A stretch of DNA of 58,854 nt from a virus. Lineage: Duplodnaviria > Caudoviricetes. The stretch lies in IMG/VR virus record IMGVR_UViG_3300028025_000002, positions 1-58,854 of that record; one strand, 5' to 3'. Positions 8,724-17,876 of the stretch are shown piece by piece; positions within the stretch are counted from its first letter, which is position 1; each line of letters opens with the position of its first letter. Position numbers and translations under genes: made by a program. The notes beneath the pieces were generated by a model. It was not told the origin of the DNA. It searched no databases and saw only the letters and a list, made by a program, of their open reading frames with translations.

Positions 8724-9284
8724 CTACTTTTTAGTTGAAGTTGCAATCTTTCGCTTAGTCTGCTGAAAATAAATAAATGGCGCAGATGTGTAAGCGTCGT
8801 TGTCTGCACTTATCTTGAGTGCCTTGGCTAAAGATGCTCCAGCCGATAGCGCACCAATTCCATAACTAGAACCTGACCCGACACCATAAAAACCTTTTGA
8901 GTCTAAACAAACAGAAAAATCATCGGCTATCTCAAATATCTCTCCACCGATAGAAACAAGAAAAGCAAACTTGGGTTCGTCGTCCTCTGTATCCCATTTG
9001 TATTCGTTTTCTTTGAAACAGGCTTTTAACGAGGGAACAACTTTAGCAATCATAAAATGATAAATGTCATTCCAGTCTTTATTTGTTGGGGTTGGCGGAA
9101 CCCAAATATGTTGAGCAATATCGCAAGGCGCACATTCACCAGCACCCGCAATTATGTAATCGCCTTTTTGACTTATCTTTACCATCTGAGGATGGTTAGC
9201 AGTTCGCCCATTACTCGCAGTTACTTGCGAATCAGCACCAATAGAAACTTTGTCAGGATGCTGAACAGCAAGAATGGTTGTCAT
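8724..9284 (-). CDS. Ntn-hydrolase, HslV/proteasome beta-like protease
   Basis: N-terminal MTTI, GADSQVT, conserved Lys, GSGS motif. Confidence 0.8.
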   Translation of the reverse strand: MTTILAVQHPDKVSIGADSQVTASNGRTANHPQMVKISQKGDYIIAGAGECAPCDIAQHIWVPPTPTNKDWNDIYHFMIAKVVPSLKACFKENEYKWDTEDDEPKFAFLVSIGGEIFEIADDFSVCLDSKGFYGVGSGSSYGIGALSAGASLAKALKISADNDAYTSAPFIYFQQTKRKIATSTKK

Positions 9285-9329
9285 AAGACTTGGCTCTGTT
9301 TCTCTCGATTTATAGCCTTATCTTAACGC

Positions 9330-10253
9330 CTATGGTTTTACAACCTCGGTTTGAACCGCCATGAGTCCGAGCGCAACTGTCGCCCATAGGTCAGGAGTTT
9401 CTGTATCAGGCTGATAGCCACCTGCTCCACCAAGCAAGATTGGATGGTCGAAGTATTGCTCCCTAATCATCCGCATCGATTCGAAATAACCCTCTTTAGT
9501 GAACTCAAGAGATGAGAGTGGGTCATTCTTCAAAGCATCGGCACCACAAGCAATAAAAATCATCGTAGGTTGGAATTCATCGCAAGCCTTGAGGAATCCC
9601 TCAGTAGCAGATAACAAAGCCTCATCGCCCGACTTAGGCGCTAGAGGAAAGTTATACGCACGATTCTTCCAATCGCTGAGTAAACCCGTGCCTGGAAAAA
9701 TCCCATACTCATGAACCGAGTAAGTCATAACATTCTTATTCGATTTCAGAAGCATTTCAGTACCGTCACCATGGTGAGCATCGCAATCAAAGATTGCTAC
9801 ACGCTGTTCAAACTCGTTAGTTGCTTTAGTAGCGGCGATAGCAAAATCATTGAAGATACAGAATCCGCTGGAGTAATCACGCATCGCATGATGCTTAGCA
9901 CCAGCAAAGTGAACAGCCAATCTAGTTTTGTAATCAATCAAAGAATCAAGGGCAGTCAAAGTACCGCCAGCGAATAACTTGGCTAGTTCACCTAAGTCGT
10001 GGCGTTGTCCATCCCATTCAGTCGATTCTCCTCGAACAGTTACATCGTAGACATATTCCATATCGTGAACCGCATGAAGGTCATCGGTGTGTGGCATCTG
10101 AGATTCAATCTCATACACATTCAAACGACGCTCTTGCGCTCGCAAAAGGAATTGATTACGGGCATGAAGGAATCTACGCCCTTGAGTTGGATGCGTAGGG
10201 TCAAAAACCCAATTCGCATACTCAGGCGAATGAACTAATACAGCGTGTTCCAT
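9330..10253 (-). CDS. Zn-dependent deacetylase (HDAC/AcuC family)
   Basis: HP, HHA, SGFCIFND, DCDAHHGDG, SVH, FPGTG, GADA..DPLS, GGY. Confidence 0.92.
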   Translation of the reverse strand: MEHAVLVHSPEYANWVFDPTHPTQGRRFLHARNQFLLRAQERRLNVYEIESQMPHTDDLHAVHDMEYVYDVTVRGESTEWDGQRHDLGELAKLFAGGTLTALDSLIDYKTRLAVHFAGAKHHAMRDYSSGFCIFNDFAIAATKATNEFEQRVAIFDCDAHHGDGTEMLLKSNKNVMTYSVHEYGIFPGTGLLSDWKNRAYNFPLAPKSGDEALLSATEGFLKACDEFQPTMIFIACGADALKNDPLSSLEFTKEGYFESMRMIREQYFDHPILLGGAGGYQPDTETPDLWATVALGLMAVQTEVVKP

Positions 10254-10420
10254 CAATCTTCATACCTCTCTGTAAGTGGATAAAGATAACCGCCCATTGC
10301 GACATCCATTCCAGTTTTAATAACAACACCCTCGGATGAGAGTTCGACTTTTGCACTAGACATGAATTGAATAATCCATGCTTGTAAATCTTCTTTCGTC
10401 TCTACTTCAGCAATATCCAT
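10253..10420 (-). CDS. Small hypothetical protein
   Basis: MDIAEVETKE...; RBS and promoter upstream. Confidence 0.55.
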   Translation of the reverse strand: MDIAEVETKEDLQAWIIQFMSSAKVELSSEGVVIKTGMDVAMGGYLYPLTERYED

Positions 10421-10440
10421 TTCCCATCCTCTCTATTATT

Positions 10441-10475
10441 AACCCCAGTTTATTGTATTTCCTTTATTGTGTCAA
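10441..10475 (-). promoter_or_regulatory. Housekeeping-sigma-type promoter overlapped by an inverted motif
   Basis: TTGACA-N17-TAAACT followed by ggggtt (reverse-oriented AACCCCAGTTT). Confidence 0.65.
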
Positions 10476-10598
10476 TGTCCCAATGTTTATCTAAACCAAA
10501 CCGCGTTTCAGCAATCTCATAGGCATGGTCTTTATCTTCAGCGTTGATTGGCACAACTTTTGTTCTAATCAAATGTATCTCGAATTTAGGACTCATAA

Positions 10599-10913
10599 CT
10601 ATAAACGCTCACTCTTGAAGAAGTAACCATCGTCATGCAATTTGTACCCAAGGGAATTAACCACATGGAAACACATATCCATTCCTGTGCCACTTACTTT
10701 TAGAGCCTGTGTCTTTTCGTCTTGCTTGTAATCGAGAATGTCTCGAACCGCTGGAGTTATCCATATCGGCTTGTTATCTACTATTACATAGAAATCAATA
10801 GTTCTTGATAACCCACTAGCAGAGACAGTACGAACTATCGAATAAATCTCTGTGTTTCTAGGTAGTTGCTCGAGAACCTTTTGCCCATAAGTTTTTTCTT
10901 TTGTTTTATTCAC
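10599..10913 (-). CDS. Hypothetical protein
   Basis: VS.SG.SR.I...G.GMDM.F pattern; GAGGA RBS. Confidence 0.7.
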   Translation of the reverse strand: MNKTKEKTYGQKVLEQLPRNTEIYSIVRTVSASGLSRTIDFYVIVDNKPIWITPAVRDILDYKQDEKTQALKVSGTGMDMCFHVVNSLGYKLHDDGYFFKSERL

Positions 10914-11070
10914 TTTTTATTCCTCTCTTTAAGAATCACCTTCGCGGCTTCTAAGTTCAATTCATCTTCAGCGGTATTTAGGGCTGGCAACATCTTTAGC
11001 GCCTTGACCATATTTTTCAATGCCCAAGTTGGTTGATTGCCAATCCTTTGCTTTGCTTCAATGATATTCA

Positions 11071-11397
11071 TTATGCGTTTACCTCGACTCTTTGGAATCC
11101 AAGGTCTTTGCAGACATAAGCGCGACCATCAATCTCAACCTCATCGCCTACTGAAAGGGATGTGTGAGTTCTAGTTGGAGACAACTTTGATTCGATTGTT
11201 TCCCATAGATTGATTTCCGCTAGTGAAGCACCAAAGTCAGCGAGTTCACCTTGAAGGTTGGTCACCTTATAGATTGCCTCGCAGATTTTGAAGTCATCAT
11301 TAACCTGCTTTGCAAGTTCTACTTCAACGCTACTAATGAAGCGTCCGCGCTCAGGCTTATCGCCAAACGCTTTCCAAGTAATTTTGATTTTAGTCAT
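11071..11397 (-). CDS. Hypothetical protein with YodL-like SLSVGD C-terminus
   Basis: [10 protein letters not shown]...YVC..LGF. Confidence 0.6.
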   Translation of the reverse strand: MTKIKITWKAFGDKPERGRFISSVEVELAKQVNDDFKICEAIYKVTNLQGELADFGASLAEINLWETIESKLSPTRTHTSLSVGDEVEIDGRAYVCKDLGFQRVEVNA

Positions 11398-11726
11398 TAT
11401 GCAACCACCTTTCCGAAGTCACGATTAGAACGGAAGCAAGATGCTTGATAAGCAACCTCGCCCACTTGGTCTGCATACACGCCCTCGATAGTTCCCTTAT
11501 CGGAAACAACGCCCTTGCGGACAAACTGGCGAGATACTGTCCATGTATCGTCCCAACCTAATTTGATTGAAACACGATAACCATTTGAAACTGGTAATTC
11601 GATTCCGACTGTTTCGTTGTTTTCACGAATCACGCCGACACGACCACCTGAAATTGCAAACACATTCATGTGACCGATTTGGTTAATCAATTCGTCCTCA
11701 TTGAATGGACGCCCTGTTGATGTCAT
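11397..11726 (-). CDS. Hypothetical early protein
   Basis: GAGAGGAG RBS after a motif promoter. Confidence 0.7.
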   Translation of the reverse strand: MTSTGRPFNEDELINQIGHMNVFAISGGRVGVIRENNETVGIELPVSNGYRVSIKLGWDDTWTVSRQFVRKGVVSDKGTIEGVYADQVGEVAYQASCFRSNRDFGKVVA

Positions 11727-11752
11727 TTTTGTCTCCTCTCTAAGACAATCTG

Positions 11753-11776
11753 AGTATATCATAACTAGGGTTAGTT
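11753..11776 (-). promoter_or_regulatory. Promoter with AACCCTAGTT motif
   Basis: aactaaccctagttaTGaTATACT. Confidence 0.75.
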
Positions 11777-12094
11777 ATTCCTGTTAATCCTTACCTGAGA
11801 CACAGGAATTCCGTTAGCCTCAGCAAACTTCTTTTTTGCCTGAGCCAAGTTAGAACGCTTTTCTTTTGATTCCGCAGTTAAGTCCATGAAGGCAATACAG
11901 TTAGCAAACGCCTGTGCTAATTCCTTATGCTCTGCTGAAGCATAGATAGCCAACCACTCCGCCGCCCATCTCAAATCAGATGCACTTGGAGCCTGTGGCT
12001 TTACTTCTCCATTGACGATTGCTCGCTCGACTGTATCTTCATCGGCTGAGACAAATCTGTCGCCATAACTCCAGTTCTTGTAATCAAGAGCCAT
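11771..12094 (-). CDS. Hypothetical protein
   Basis: Start at MALDY, coupled to the upstream stop. Confidence 0.65.
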   Translation of the reverse strand: MALDYKNWSYGDRFVSADEDTVERAIVNGEVKPQAPSASDLRWAAEWLAIYASAEHKELAQAFANCIAFMDLTAESKEKRSNLAQAKKKFAEANGIPVSQVRINRNN

Positions 12095-12225
12095 TACTTC
12101 AACCTCGCTATCTTTAAGGCGCTTTGAAATTCCTTTTCGAATTCCACCGCATAACAAGTCAAGCAAACGCCACCCTCAAAGACTTCCATCTTTTCGACGG
12201 CGACCCCGCATTTAACGCATTTCAT
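12094..12225 (-). CDS. Small Zn-finger-like protein
   Basis: CxxC...CxxC; GAGGAGG RBS. Confidence 0.6.
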   Translation of the reverse strand: MKCVKCGVAVEKMEVFEGGVCLTCYAVEFEKEFQSALKIARLK

Positions 12226-12252
12226 TATCTGTCCTCCTCTCGGACTCCCCAA

Positions 12253-12385
12253 GTATAACACAACTGGGGTTAATAATCCCAATTAAGAAAGCCCGATTCG
12301 GCTGTCAAATCGTGGCGTGTCGGGTCAAAGTTGAGCGGAGGCGACTCAAGTTTTGGATTATTTCTAAACCCCCATTTGATATAAT
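12253..12385. promoter_or_regulatory. Divergent promoter pair, both with the spacer motif
   Basis: Minus strand attaaccccagttgTGtTATACT (12253-12275); plus strand tctaaacccccattTGaTATAAT (12363-12385). Confidence 0.72.
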
Positions 12386-12409
12386 GACCCATAAGAGAAA
12401 GGAATACCC

Positions 12410-12931
12410 ATGGCAGGTACAAAACCTAGGGACAGTCAGAGACAGCGCCTATACGACGCTCAGAGGCTCGCTGGCTTCTATTACAGGGGCGAGGTCATGA
12501 CAATCAAAGAGGCACAGAAATTTGTCAATCAAGTTTTGTCTCATCAGAAAACCAAGAAACTCCATGAGCAGTATCGATTCCAGTTCAGCACTTATCCATC
12601 AAAGATAATCGTCGAGGCTGGTAGCGGAAACCATGCCACGATGAGAACTCGAAACTGGGAACTTGTCCGATTGATTCGATTGACCAAGGCTGGTCGAAAT
12701 AAATTCATCATCCTTCATGAGATTGCCCATCACATAACTTGGGGACGAGAATCCCATGGAGCAGAGTTCGCCGATGTCTTACTTCAATTCACTACTAGGT
12801 ATCTTGGAAAGCCCGACGCCGATAAATTGGCAAACGCCTTTCATGAAAAGCGGGTCAAGGTGATGACTAAATCTAAGAAAGCGAGAGTGCCAAGAAAGCG
12901 GGAAATTGAATCCGCTAGACTTGTCGCATGA
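12410..12931 (+). CDS. SprT-like zincin metallopeptidase
   Basis: ILHEIAHH...HG.EF. Confidence 0.75.
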   Translation: MAGTKPRDSQRQRLYDAQRLAGFYYRGEVMTIKEAQKFVNQVLSHQKTKKLHEQYRFQFSTYPSKIIVEAGSGNHATMRTRNWELVRLIRLTKAGRNKFIILHEIAHHITWGRESHGAEFADVLLQFTTRYLGKPDADKLANAFHEKRVKVMTKSKKARVPRKREIESARLVA

Positions 12932-13218
12932 AAAAACTTCAAGACATCTTAAGTCGCATGGTTGCGGTCTTTACTGTTGGCGCTCTCGGCACTCTAGGCG
13001 CTGGAGCAATCATGGGAGTTGAAACTTGGATTGCGTTATCGATGGCTGGATTATTAGCAGTCGCATCCGTGGCAGAGAGATTAGCCCGTGAATATCTTGA
13101 TGACGGAAAACTAACTCTCGATGAAATCAATGGAGCGTTTAGTCCGTTTGCTAAGTCGGAAGAAGTTAATCTTTCTCCCGACGAAGAGGGTAAGTCAAAG
13201 CCCAAACGCCAAGCGTAA
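12928..13218 (+). CDS. Small membrane protein (two TM helices)
   Basis: Two hydrophobic segments then YLDDGKLT.DEIN.AF. Confidence 0.65.
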   Translation: MKKLQDILSRMVAVFTVGALGTLGAGAIMGVETWIALSMAGLLAVASVAERLAREYLDDGKLTLDEINGAFSPFAKSEEVNLSPDEEGKSKPKRQA

Positions 13219-13333
13219 TTAAAATAGCGTTTCCGACGATGCCCTTTGCGGTTCCGTCAAGAACAATCCAAGCAACGAACATTCCAAGTAATGTCCACAG
13301 TTGCCCAATCATGTCATTGATAAAGTTTTTCAA
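13166..13333 (-). CDS. Small membrane protein (55 aa)
   Basis: TTG start with GGAG RBS: MKNFINDMIGQLWTLLGMFVAWIVLDG...; coupled to 13330-15051. Confidence 0.55.
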   Translation of the reverse strand: MKNFINDMIGQLWTLLGMFVAWIVLDGTAKGIVGNAILITLGVWALTYPLRREKD

Positions 13334-15051
13334 TTTGGTCTCCTATATCCGACACCGCCGATAGCGACGGAAGCCATTGTAGTTGTAGCGATATTGCCAA
13401 CGATTGTCGCGGCAATGATTGTCTTGGTTGCCTCATCTCTTTCTTCAGGTGACATATCGGCACCAAGGTTTCCAAGAGCAAAAATAAGTTGAGCAGGTGA
13501 TTCAAAAATTGCTTGAAGCATTTTGGCTGGAGATTCGAGGAGTTGTAGAGCAACAGCAACCTCAGCAGTAATTACAACTTCATTACCATTCTCATCTTGG
13601 CGAACTTCAACAGGTTGTGTTGCAGGTAAATCTTCTAAAGTAATTCCAGCCTCAGCAATAGCCTCGACAGTTACCGCTTGACCATCTGCCGATTCGATAA
13701 GAGCCTCGGCAACGAGTTCTCTTTCTGCCTCAGTAAATTTTCCATCTTCGGATAAAGTCTCAGAAAGATTATTAACTTCATCTTGAGTAATCTCTCCATC
13801 TTCCATCAACGAGTCGATTACTAATTCAGCATCTTCAGGTGTAATCTCTCCATCTGTTAAAACATTTTCAACAATTTCGGAGGTAGTCTGTGGTTGTGGT
13901 TCAGTTGTGGGACTTATCGGGTCGATTTCCGTTGGGGGTTCAACGGGTTCAGGCTGAGGTGGCTCAACAGGCTCAGGCGTTGGCTCAATCTCAGGGTCGG
14001 GAGAAGGTGTCGTATCAGGATTTGGTTCAGGTTCAGGAACAGGAGTGGGTTCAGGCTCAGGGTCGGGAGTCGGCTCTACCGCAGGGGTATCGGTTGGATT
14101 CGGAACAGGGATTGGTTCGGGACTTGGTTCAGGTGACGGAAATGGAATTGGGGTAGGCGATGGCAAAGGTGTGGGTTCAGTTGTGGACGGCGAAGGTTGC
14201 GGGTTCGGTTCAGGTTGAGGAATCGGAGTTACGGAAGGTTCAGGGTTTGGAGTCGGTGAAGCCGTTGGTTCCGATGTTGGTTGAGGTGTCGGAGAAGGAG
14301 TGGCAGTTGGTTCCGTCGGTGTTGGTGAAGGAGTCACCGTTGGTTCAGGTGATGGACTTGACTCGGGTTGAGGAGATGGTTGAGGTGTTGGAGCCGTAGG
14401 TTCAGGAGTTAATTCAGGTGCAGTTTGAACTTGTTGAATGTTTGCTTGTTCTAAAGGAACAATAGTTCCATCATTAAGGCGAGCGCCTGTTCTTGGATTG
14501 TATTGAGACCAATCAGTACCCGAAATTACATAAGAGATTGCAACAGTTCCGTCGGTATTGATTGCGGCGGTAACTACGATATTTGTTGGGGCTACCGAAG
14601 TTGTCTGATTCCAAATTGGTCTTGCTGATAAATCAACTTGAAATCCACCATCACTTGAATTGATGATGAGGTGTTCGTCATTGCGCTGGTTTGGATAGAC
14701 AACCCAGTCGATTGAGGCTACCGAAATACTTGGGGTTGATGGATATGTCCAGTAAGTTCCATCAGGTTGTCCAAAGGTAATAACGCTATTTGTCGTTGAA
14801 TAAACTCTATCGAATTCAACGCCGTCATAAGTGATAGAGGTCGTTATTGGGACTTGGTAAGAAACATCATCTCCACCACAGGTCACTAAAGTCGTGACAG
14901 TTGCGGTTTCACCCTCGGGGGTTGGAGTAGCGGCGGAAGCGATAGTTGCCGCTTGAGCAGAATTGACGCAAGAGGCTGAGGCTGAATCTACGGGTAGAAG
15001 AGTCCACCAAAAAACCAATGAGCAGATGGCGAGAACACGGACGAGGCGCAA
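13330..15051 (-). CDS. Secreted/surface Pro-Thr-Glu-rich protein
   Basis: Signal peptide ending ASA-S, beta-rich domain, long P/T/E linker, acidic DGEIT-type repeats, hydrophobic tail. Confidence 0.75.
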   Translation of the reverse strand: MRLVRVLAICSLVFWWTLLPVDSASASCVNSAQAATIASAATPTPEGETATVTTLVTCGGDDVSYQVPITTSITYDGVEFDRVYSTTNSVITFGQPDGTYWTYPSTPSISVASIDWVVYPNQRNDEHLIINSSDGGFQVDLSARPIWNQTTSVAPTNIVVTAAINTDGTVAISYVISGTDWSQYNPRTGARLNDGTIVPLEQANIQQVQTAPELTPEPTAPTPQPSPQPESSPSPEPTVTPSPTPTEPTATPSPTPQPTSEPTASPTPNPEPSVTPIPQPEPNPQPSPSTTEPTPLPSPTPIPFPSPEPSPEPIPVPNPTDTPAVEPTPDPEPEPTPVPEPEPNPDTTPSPDPEIEPTPEPVEPPQPEPVEPPTEIDPISPTTEPQPQTTSEIVENVLTDGEITPEDAELVIDSLMEDGEITQDEVNNLSETLSEDGKFTEAERELVAEALIESADGQAVTVEAIAEAGITLEDLPATQPVEVRQDENGNEVVITAEVAVALQLLESPAKMLQAIFESPAQLIFALGNLGADMSPEERDEATKTIIAATIVGNIATTTMASVAIGGVGYRRPN

Positions 15052-15162
15052 TTTTGACCCTTTGAACAGGGGTCACGGGGACACGGGGACACGAACTAGG
15101 GCTAATTGTACCTTGTGGATAATTCATGCTAAACTGGGGTTGTAAATACGAGAGGAGTTCCA

Positions 15163-15963
15163 ATGAGCGTGACCAAAGAGTTCGCGGTCAAGATTGATAC
15201 AGAGTTGTCATCTTGGTACGACAAGCGTTGGAATTTAGTCAGCAAACTAGAAACTGCTGAAGATACAAAAAAGTTTTACGAGAAGCATTATGCAAACAGA
15301 GTCGAAGAGATTCAAAAAGCAATAAACGAGATTACTGGCATCAAGGTGGAAATCGCCAAGGTCAATATCGAGATTGCTAGATTGAACAACATTTATAGCC
15401 AAGACCCTTGGACAAGAGCGTTCTTAGTTCTTGCCAGCAATGGTCATGTTCACAGTTCAATGGATTGCAATACTTGTTTTCCAACTACTAGATACAACTG
15501 GTTGATTCAGTACAGCAACGACGATGAGAAAACTATTGTCGAAGATGCTGGTCAAGACGCTTGCACAATTTGTTACCCAAGCGCTCCAGCCGATGTTTTG
15601 AATCGTCCATCACGAATCGTTACAGCGGACAAAATTGCAAAGGCTCAAGCCAAGGCTGAGAGAGATGCAAAGCGTGAGGCAAAGTTAGCCAAGGAAAAAG
15701 CCAACGCTCCAACAAAGAGCGGTGAGTTCCTTTACTTCAAAAAAGGTAAGTACACAGAGGTAATCAAAACAGAAAGAACAGCGGTTTCTGAATGGCTTAA
15801 CAATCAATACTGGATTTTGAATTCCAATAACCCTGAATCACAGGAATCTAAAAAGCAGGTTAATGAAATCATCTGCCAAAATCTTGCAGAGAAGAACGGC
15901 GTGTCATTTGACCAGCAGTTGAAAATCCTTCAGAATAAGTACAAGAAGAGGGGGGACAGATGA
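15163..15963 (+). CDS. Hypothetical protein (coiled coil plus HVH..C.TC and CTIC Zn motif)
   Basis: GAGAGGAG RBS; TGcTAAACT promoter at about 15127-15141. Confidence 0.75.
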   Translation: MSVTKEFAVKIDTELSSWYDKRWNLVSKLETAEDTKKFYEKHYANRVEEIQKAINEITGIKVEIAKVNIEIARLNNIYSQDPWTRAFLVLASNGHVHSSMDCNTCFPTTRYNWLIQYSNDDEKTIVEDAGQDACTICYPSAPADVLNRPSRIVTADKIAKAQAKAERDAKREAKLAKEKANAPTKSGEFLYFKKGKYTEVIKTERTAVSEWLNNQYWILNSNNPESQESKKQVNEIICQNLAEKNGVSFDQQLKILQNKYKKRGDR

Positions 15964-16613
15964 GTCAAGTAGAAGAGTTAATGGCAAAGATGGTTGCTGA
16001 ATACAGCGAGCCATTAAACGCTGACTTAATTCCATACCTCGAAACCAGCGATGCTGGATGGTCGATGTTGCGTCACCCGCTTGTTTATCAGGTGCCATTC
16101 TTTTCAAACGGTAGTGCCAATGCTTACTACCAACAGAAAAAAACAGCAGTTGAGCAAGTGTTAGAAAAAAAGAACTACAAACAATTTGTTTGGTTATTCG
16201 AGCGCCCTTATCGCGTCGAGGCTTTTATCAAGATTGCTGACAAGTTAAGCGATACTGATTACTGGAGAGTTCTTAGCGATATTTGGATTGATACAGAGAA
16301 TCAATACGCATACCTCAAAGAGTGGAAAAAGTTGTTGGCTTCAAAGCGCTCTAATCGTCATTACATGATGACCGAAGAAGAGGACAACATCTTGCGCTCG
16401 CTCGCTCAAGAGGTAACTATCTATCGTGGATGCCAAAAAGGTATTAACGAGGATGGATTGTCATGGACTTTAGATAAGTCCAAGGCACAGTTTTTTGCCA
16501 ATCGTTTTGGCAAGAAGGGAATCATCTTAGAGAGGAAGATTCCTAAGTCAGACATCATCGCGGTCTTGACGGGGCGCAATGAATCCGAAGTTATATGGGA
16601 GGAGAAAAAATGA
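15960..16613 (+). CDS. ADP-ribosyltransferase-like protein (putative)
   Basis: IYRG...GLSWT...ESEVI gives an R-S-E layout. Confidence 0.55.
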   Translation: MSQVEELMAKMVAEYSEPLNADLIPYLETSDAGWSMLRHPLVYQVPFFSNGSANAYYQQKKTAVEQVLEKKNYKQFVWLFERPYRVEAFIKIADKLSDTDYWRVLSDIWIDTENQYAYLKEWKKLLASKRSNRHYMMTEEEDNILRSLAQEVTIYRGCQKGINEDGLSWTLDKSKAQFFANRFGKKGIILERKIPKSDIIAVLTGRNESEVIWEEKK

Positions 16614-17063
16614 AATGTTTTACTTGCGGTAGCGAGATAAGACTGACAATGATTAAAGGAAAAACCTATTGCTTCAGATGCGAACCTGATGCTTCAATGG
16701 TTCAGTACGGAGTGATTCGACCAGTCAAAGAGAGGACAGCATGAAAACTATCAATGATGAAATCGGCTTTATCGAAAAGCGATTACTGAGAAAAGGATAC
16801 CGATTGACCCCCAAGGGACGCAGTTGGGCAGAAAATCTTGAGGCAATGGTTTTCCTAGGTGGACTCCTGCTTATTTTCGGGATTGTAGGGTCAATAGAGA
16901 CTGGTAGGTGGTTTGGATGAATCTACTATCACGCCTAGGGCGAAACAATCCTCTACTGGTCTCTGAAGGCTCATTACGGGCTATTCGTAAGGCGCAGTTG
17001 GAGAAAACCCTTGCTGAAGAGGCTGATAAGCGACGCGCTCGGAAAAAGGCTCGAGAGTTCAAG

Positions 17064-17092
17064 TTGAATTCTTAACCCCAGTAGGGTATACT
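17064..17092 (+). promoter_or_regulatory. Promoter with AACCCCAGT motif
   Basis: TTGAAT-N17(tcttaaccccagtaggg)-TATACT. Confidence 0.75.
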
Positions 17093-17119
17093 TTGAATTG
17101 TCCGAGAGGAGGACATGAA

Positions 17120-17533
17120 ATGACAACTTCAGTCATTGAGAAGAAAAAGGCTCTTACAAAAACTCAATGTAAGAAAATTTATGTTGAAGCATACGAGGCT
17201 GGTCTTGCGGCTGGCAAAGATGCAGATACTCCAAAGTTTGTAGTTGGTACACCAACTACTCCATTTGGGGACGATATTGATTTCAACAAGAAAACTTACA
17301 TCCTTGATGGTCTTTGCGGATTCGCTTGGGTAAACATTTCTCCAGCGCGAGGTGCGTTTGTGAATTGGTTAAAGGCTCAAGGGATTGGTAGCAAAGGTTA
17401 TTACGGCGGTTACGAAATTTGGGTTCGTGAATTCGGACAGAGCGTAGACCGTAAAGCGGCTTTTGCTGGAGCGTTTGCTCAAGTGCTTGGGAAATACGGA
17501 ATCGAAGCGAGCGCTGGTAGCAGACTTGACTAA
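17120..17533 (+). CDS. Hypothetical phage protein
   Basis: GLCGFAWV...QSVDRK.A.A.AFA...SRLD; GAGGAGG RBS. Confidence 0.75.
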   Translation: MTTSVIEKKKALTKTQCKKIYVEAYEAGLAAGKDADTPKFVVGTPTTPFGDDIDFNKKTYILDGLCGFAWVNISPARGAFVNWLKAQGIGSKGYYGGYEIWVREFGQSVDRKAAFAGAFAQVLGKYGIEASAGSRLD

Positions 17534-17546
17534 GTAACAAAATAGA

Positions 17547-17586
17547 ATTCATCCCGTCGGTCTCTTCTTAGATTGGCGGGATGAAT
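17547..17586 (+). terminator. Stem-loop after the gene (putative terminator)
   Basis: attcatcccgtcggtct/agattggcgggatgaat inverted repeat with G-U pairs; U-tract weak. Confidence 0.55.
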
Positions 17587-17650
17587 CGCATAATCACTTT
17601 CTAACCTTTCTTGGTTATGCGTGGGGTATCATTTACGCGGGTACCCAATA

Positions 17651-17724
17651 GTTCGGTGGCGTAGTAGCGCCTGTTGCGCGTCCGTCCTCTCTCTAGCGTG
17701 ACTTTCATCGCTCCGCCACCGAAC
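17651..17724 (+). ncRNA. Candidate structured small RNA
   Basis: 11-bp perfect stem gttcggtggcg/cgccaccgaac around a CU-rich interior; TATCAT -10 just upstream. Confidence 0.35.
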
Positions 17725-17876
17725 GCCCATCCTTGACACTCATTCATATTCATGATGTACCCTTAAACAAGGTTCGCAAAACACCTACTCGCCAAAGTGA
17801 GGTCAGTCCAATACTGACAACATAGAAGCGCTACACCCAGTAGCGAATAAATGTTCACCCCTAACAATGGAGGAAT

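Noticed and set aside
13890-14400. Plus-strand ORFs and ggttcagg repeats
   Set aside because: They are the antisense shadow of the Pro/Thr/Glu linker in 13330-15051.
17651-17724. tRNA gene
   Set aside because: The length is similar but there is no cloverleaf, T-loop consensus or CCA end.
17760-17876. c-di-AMP (ydaO) riboswitch before the transglycosylase
   Set aside because: I could not find the consensus elements by eye; kept only as an unassigned structured leader.
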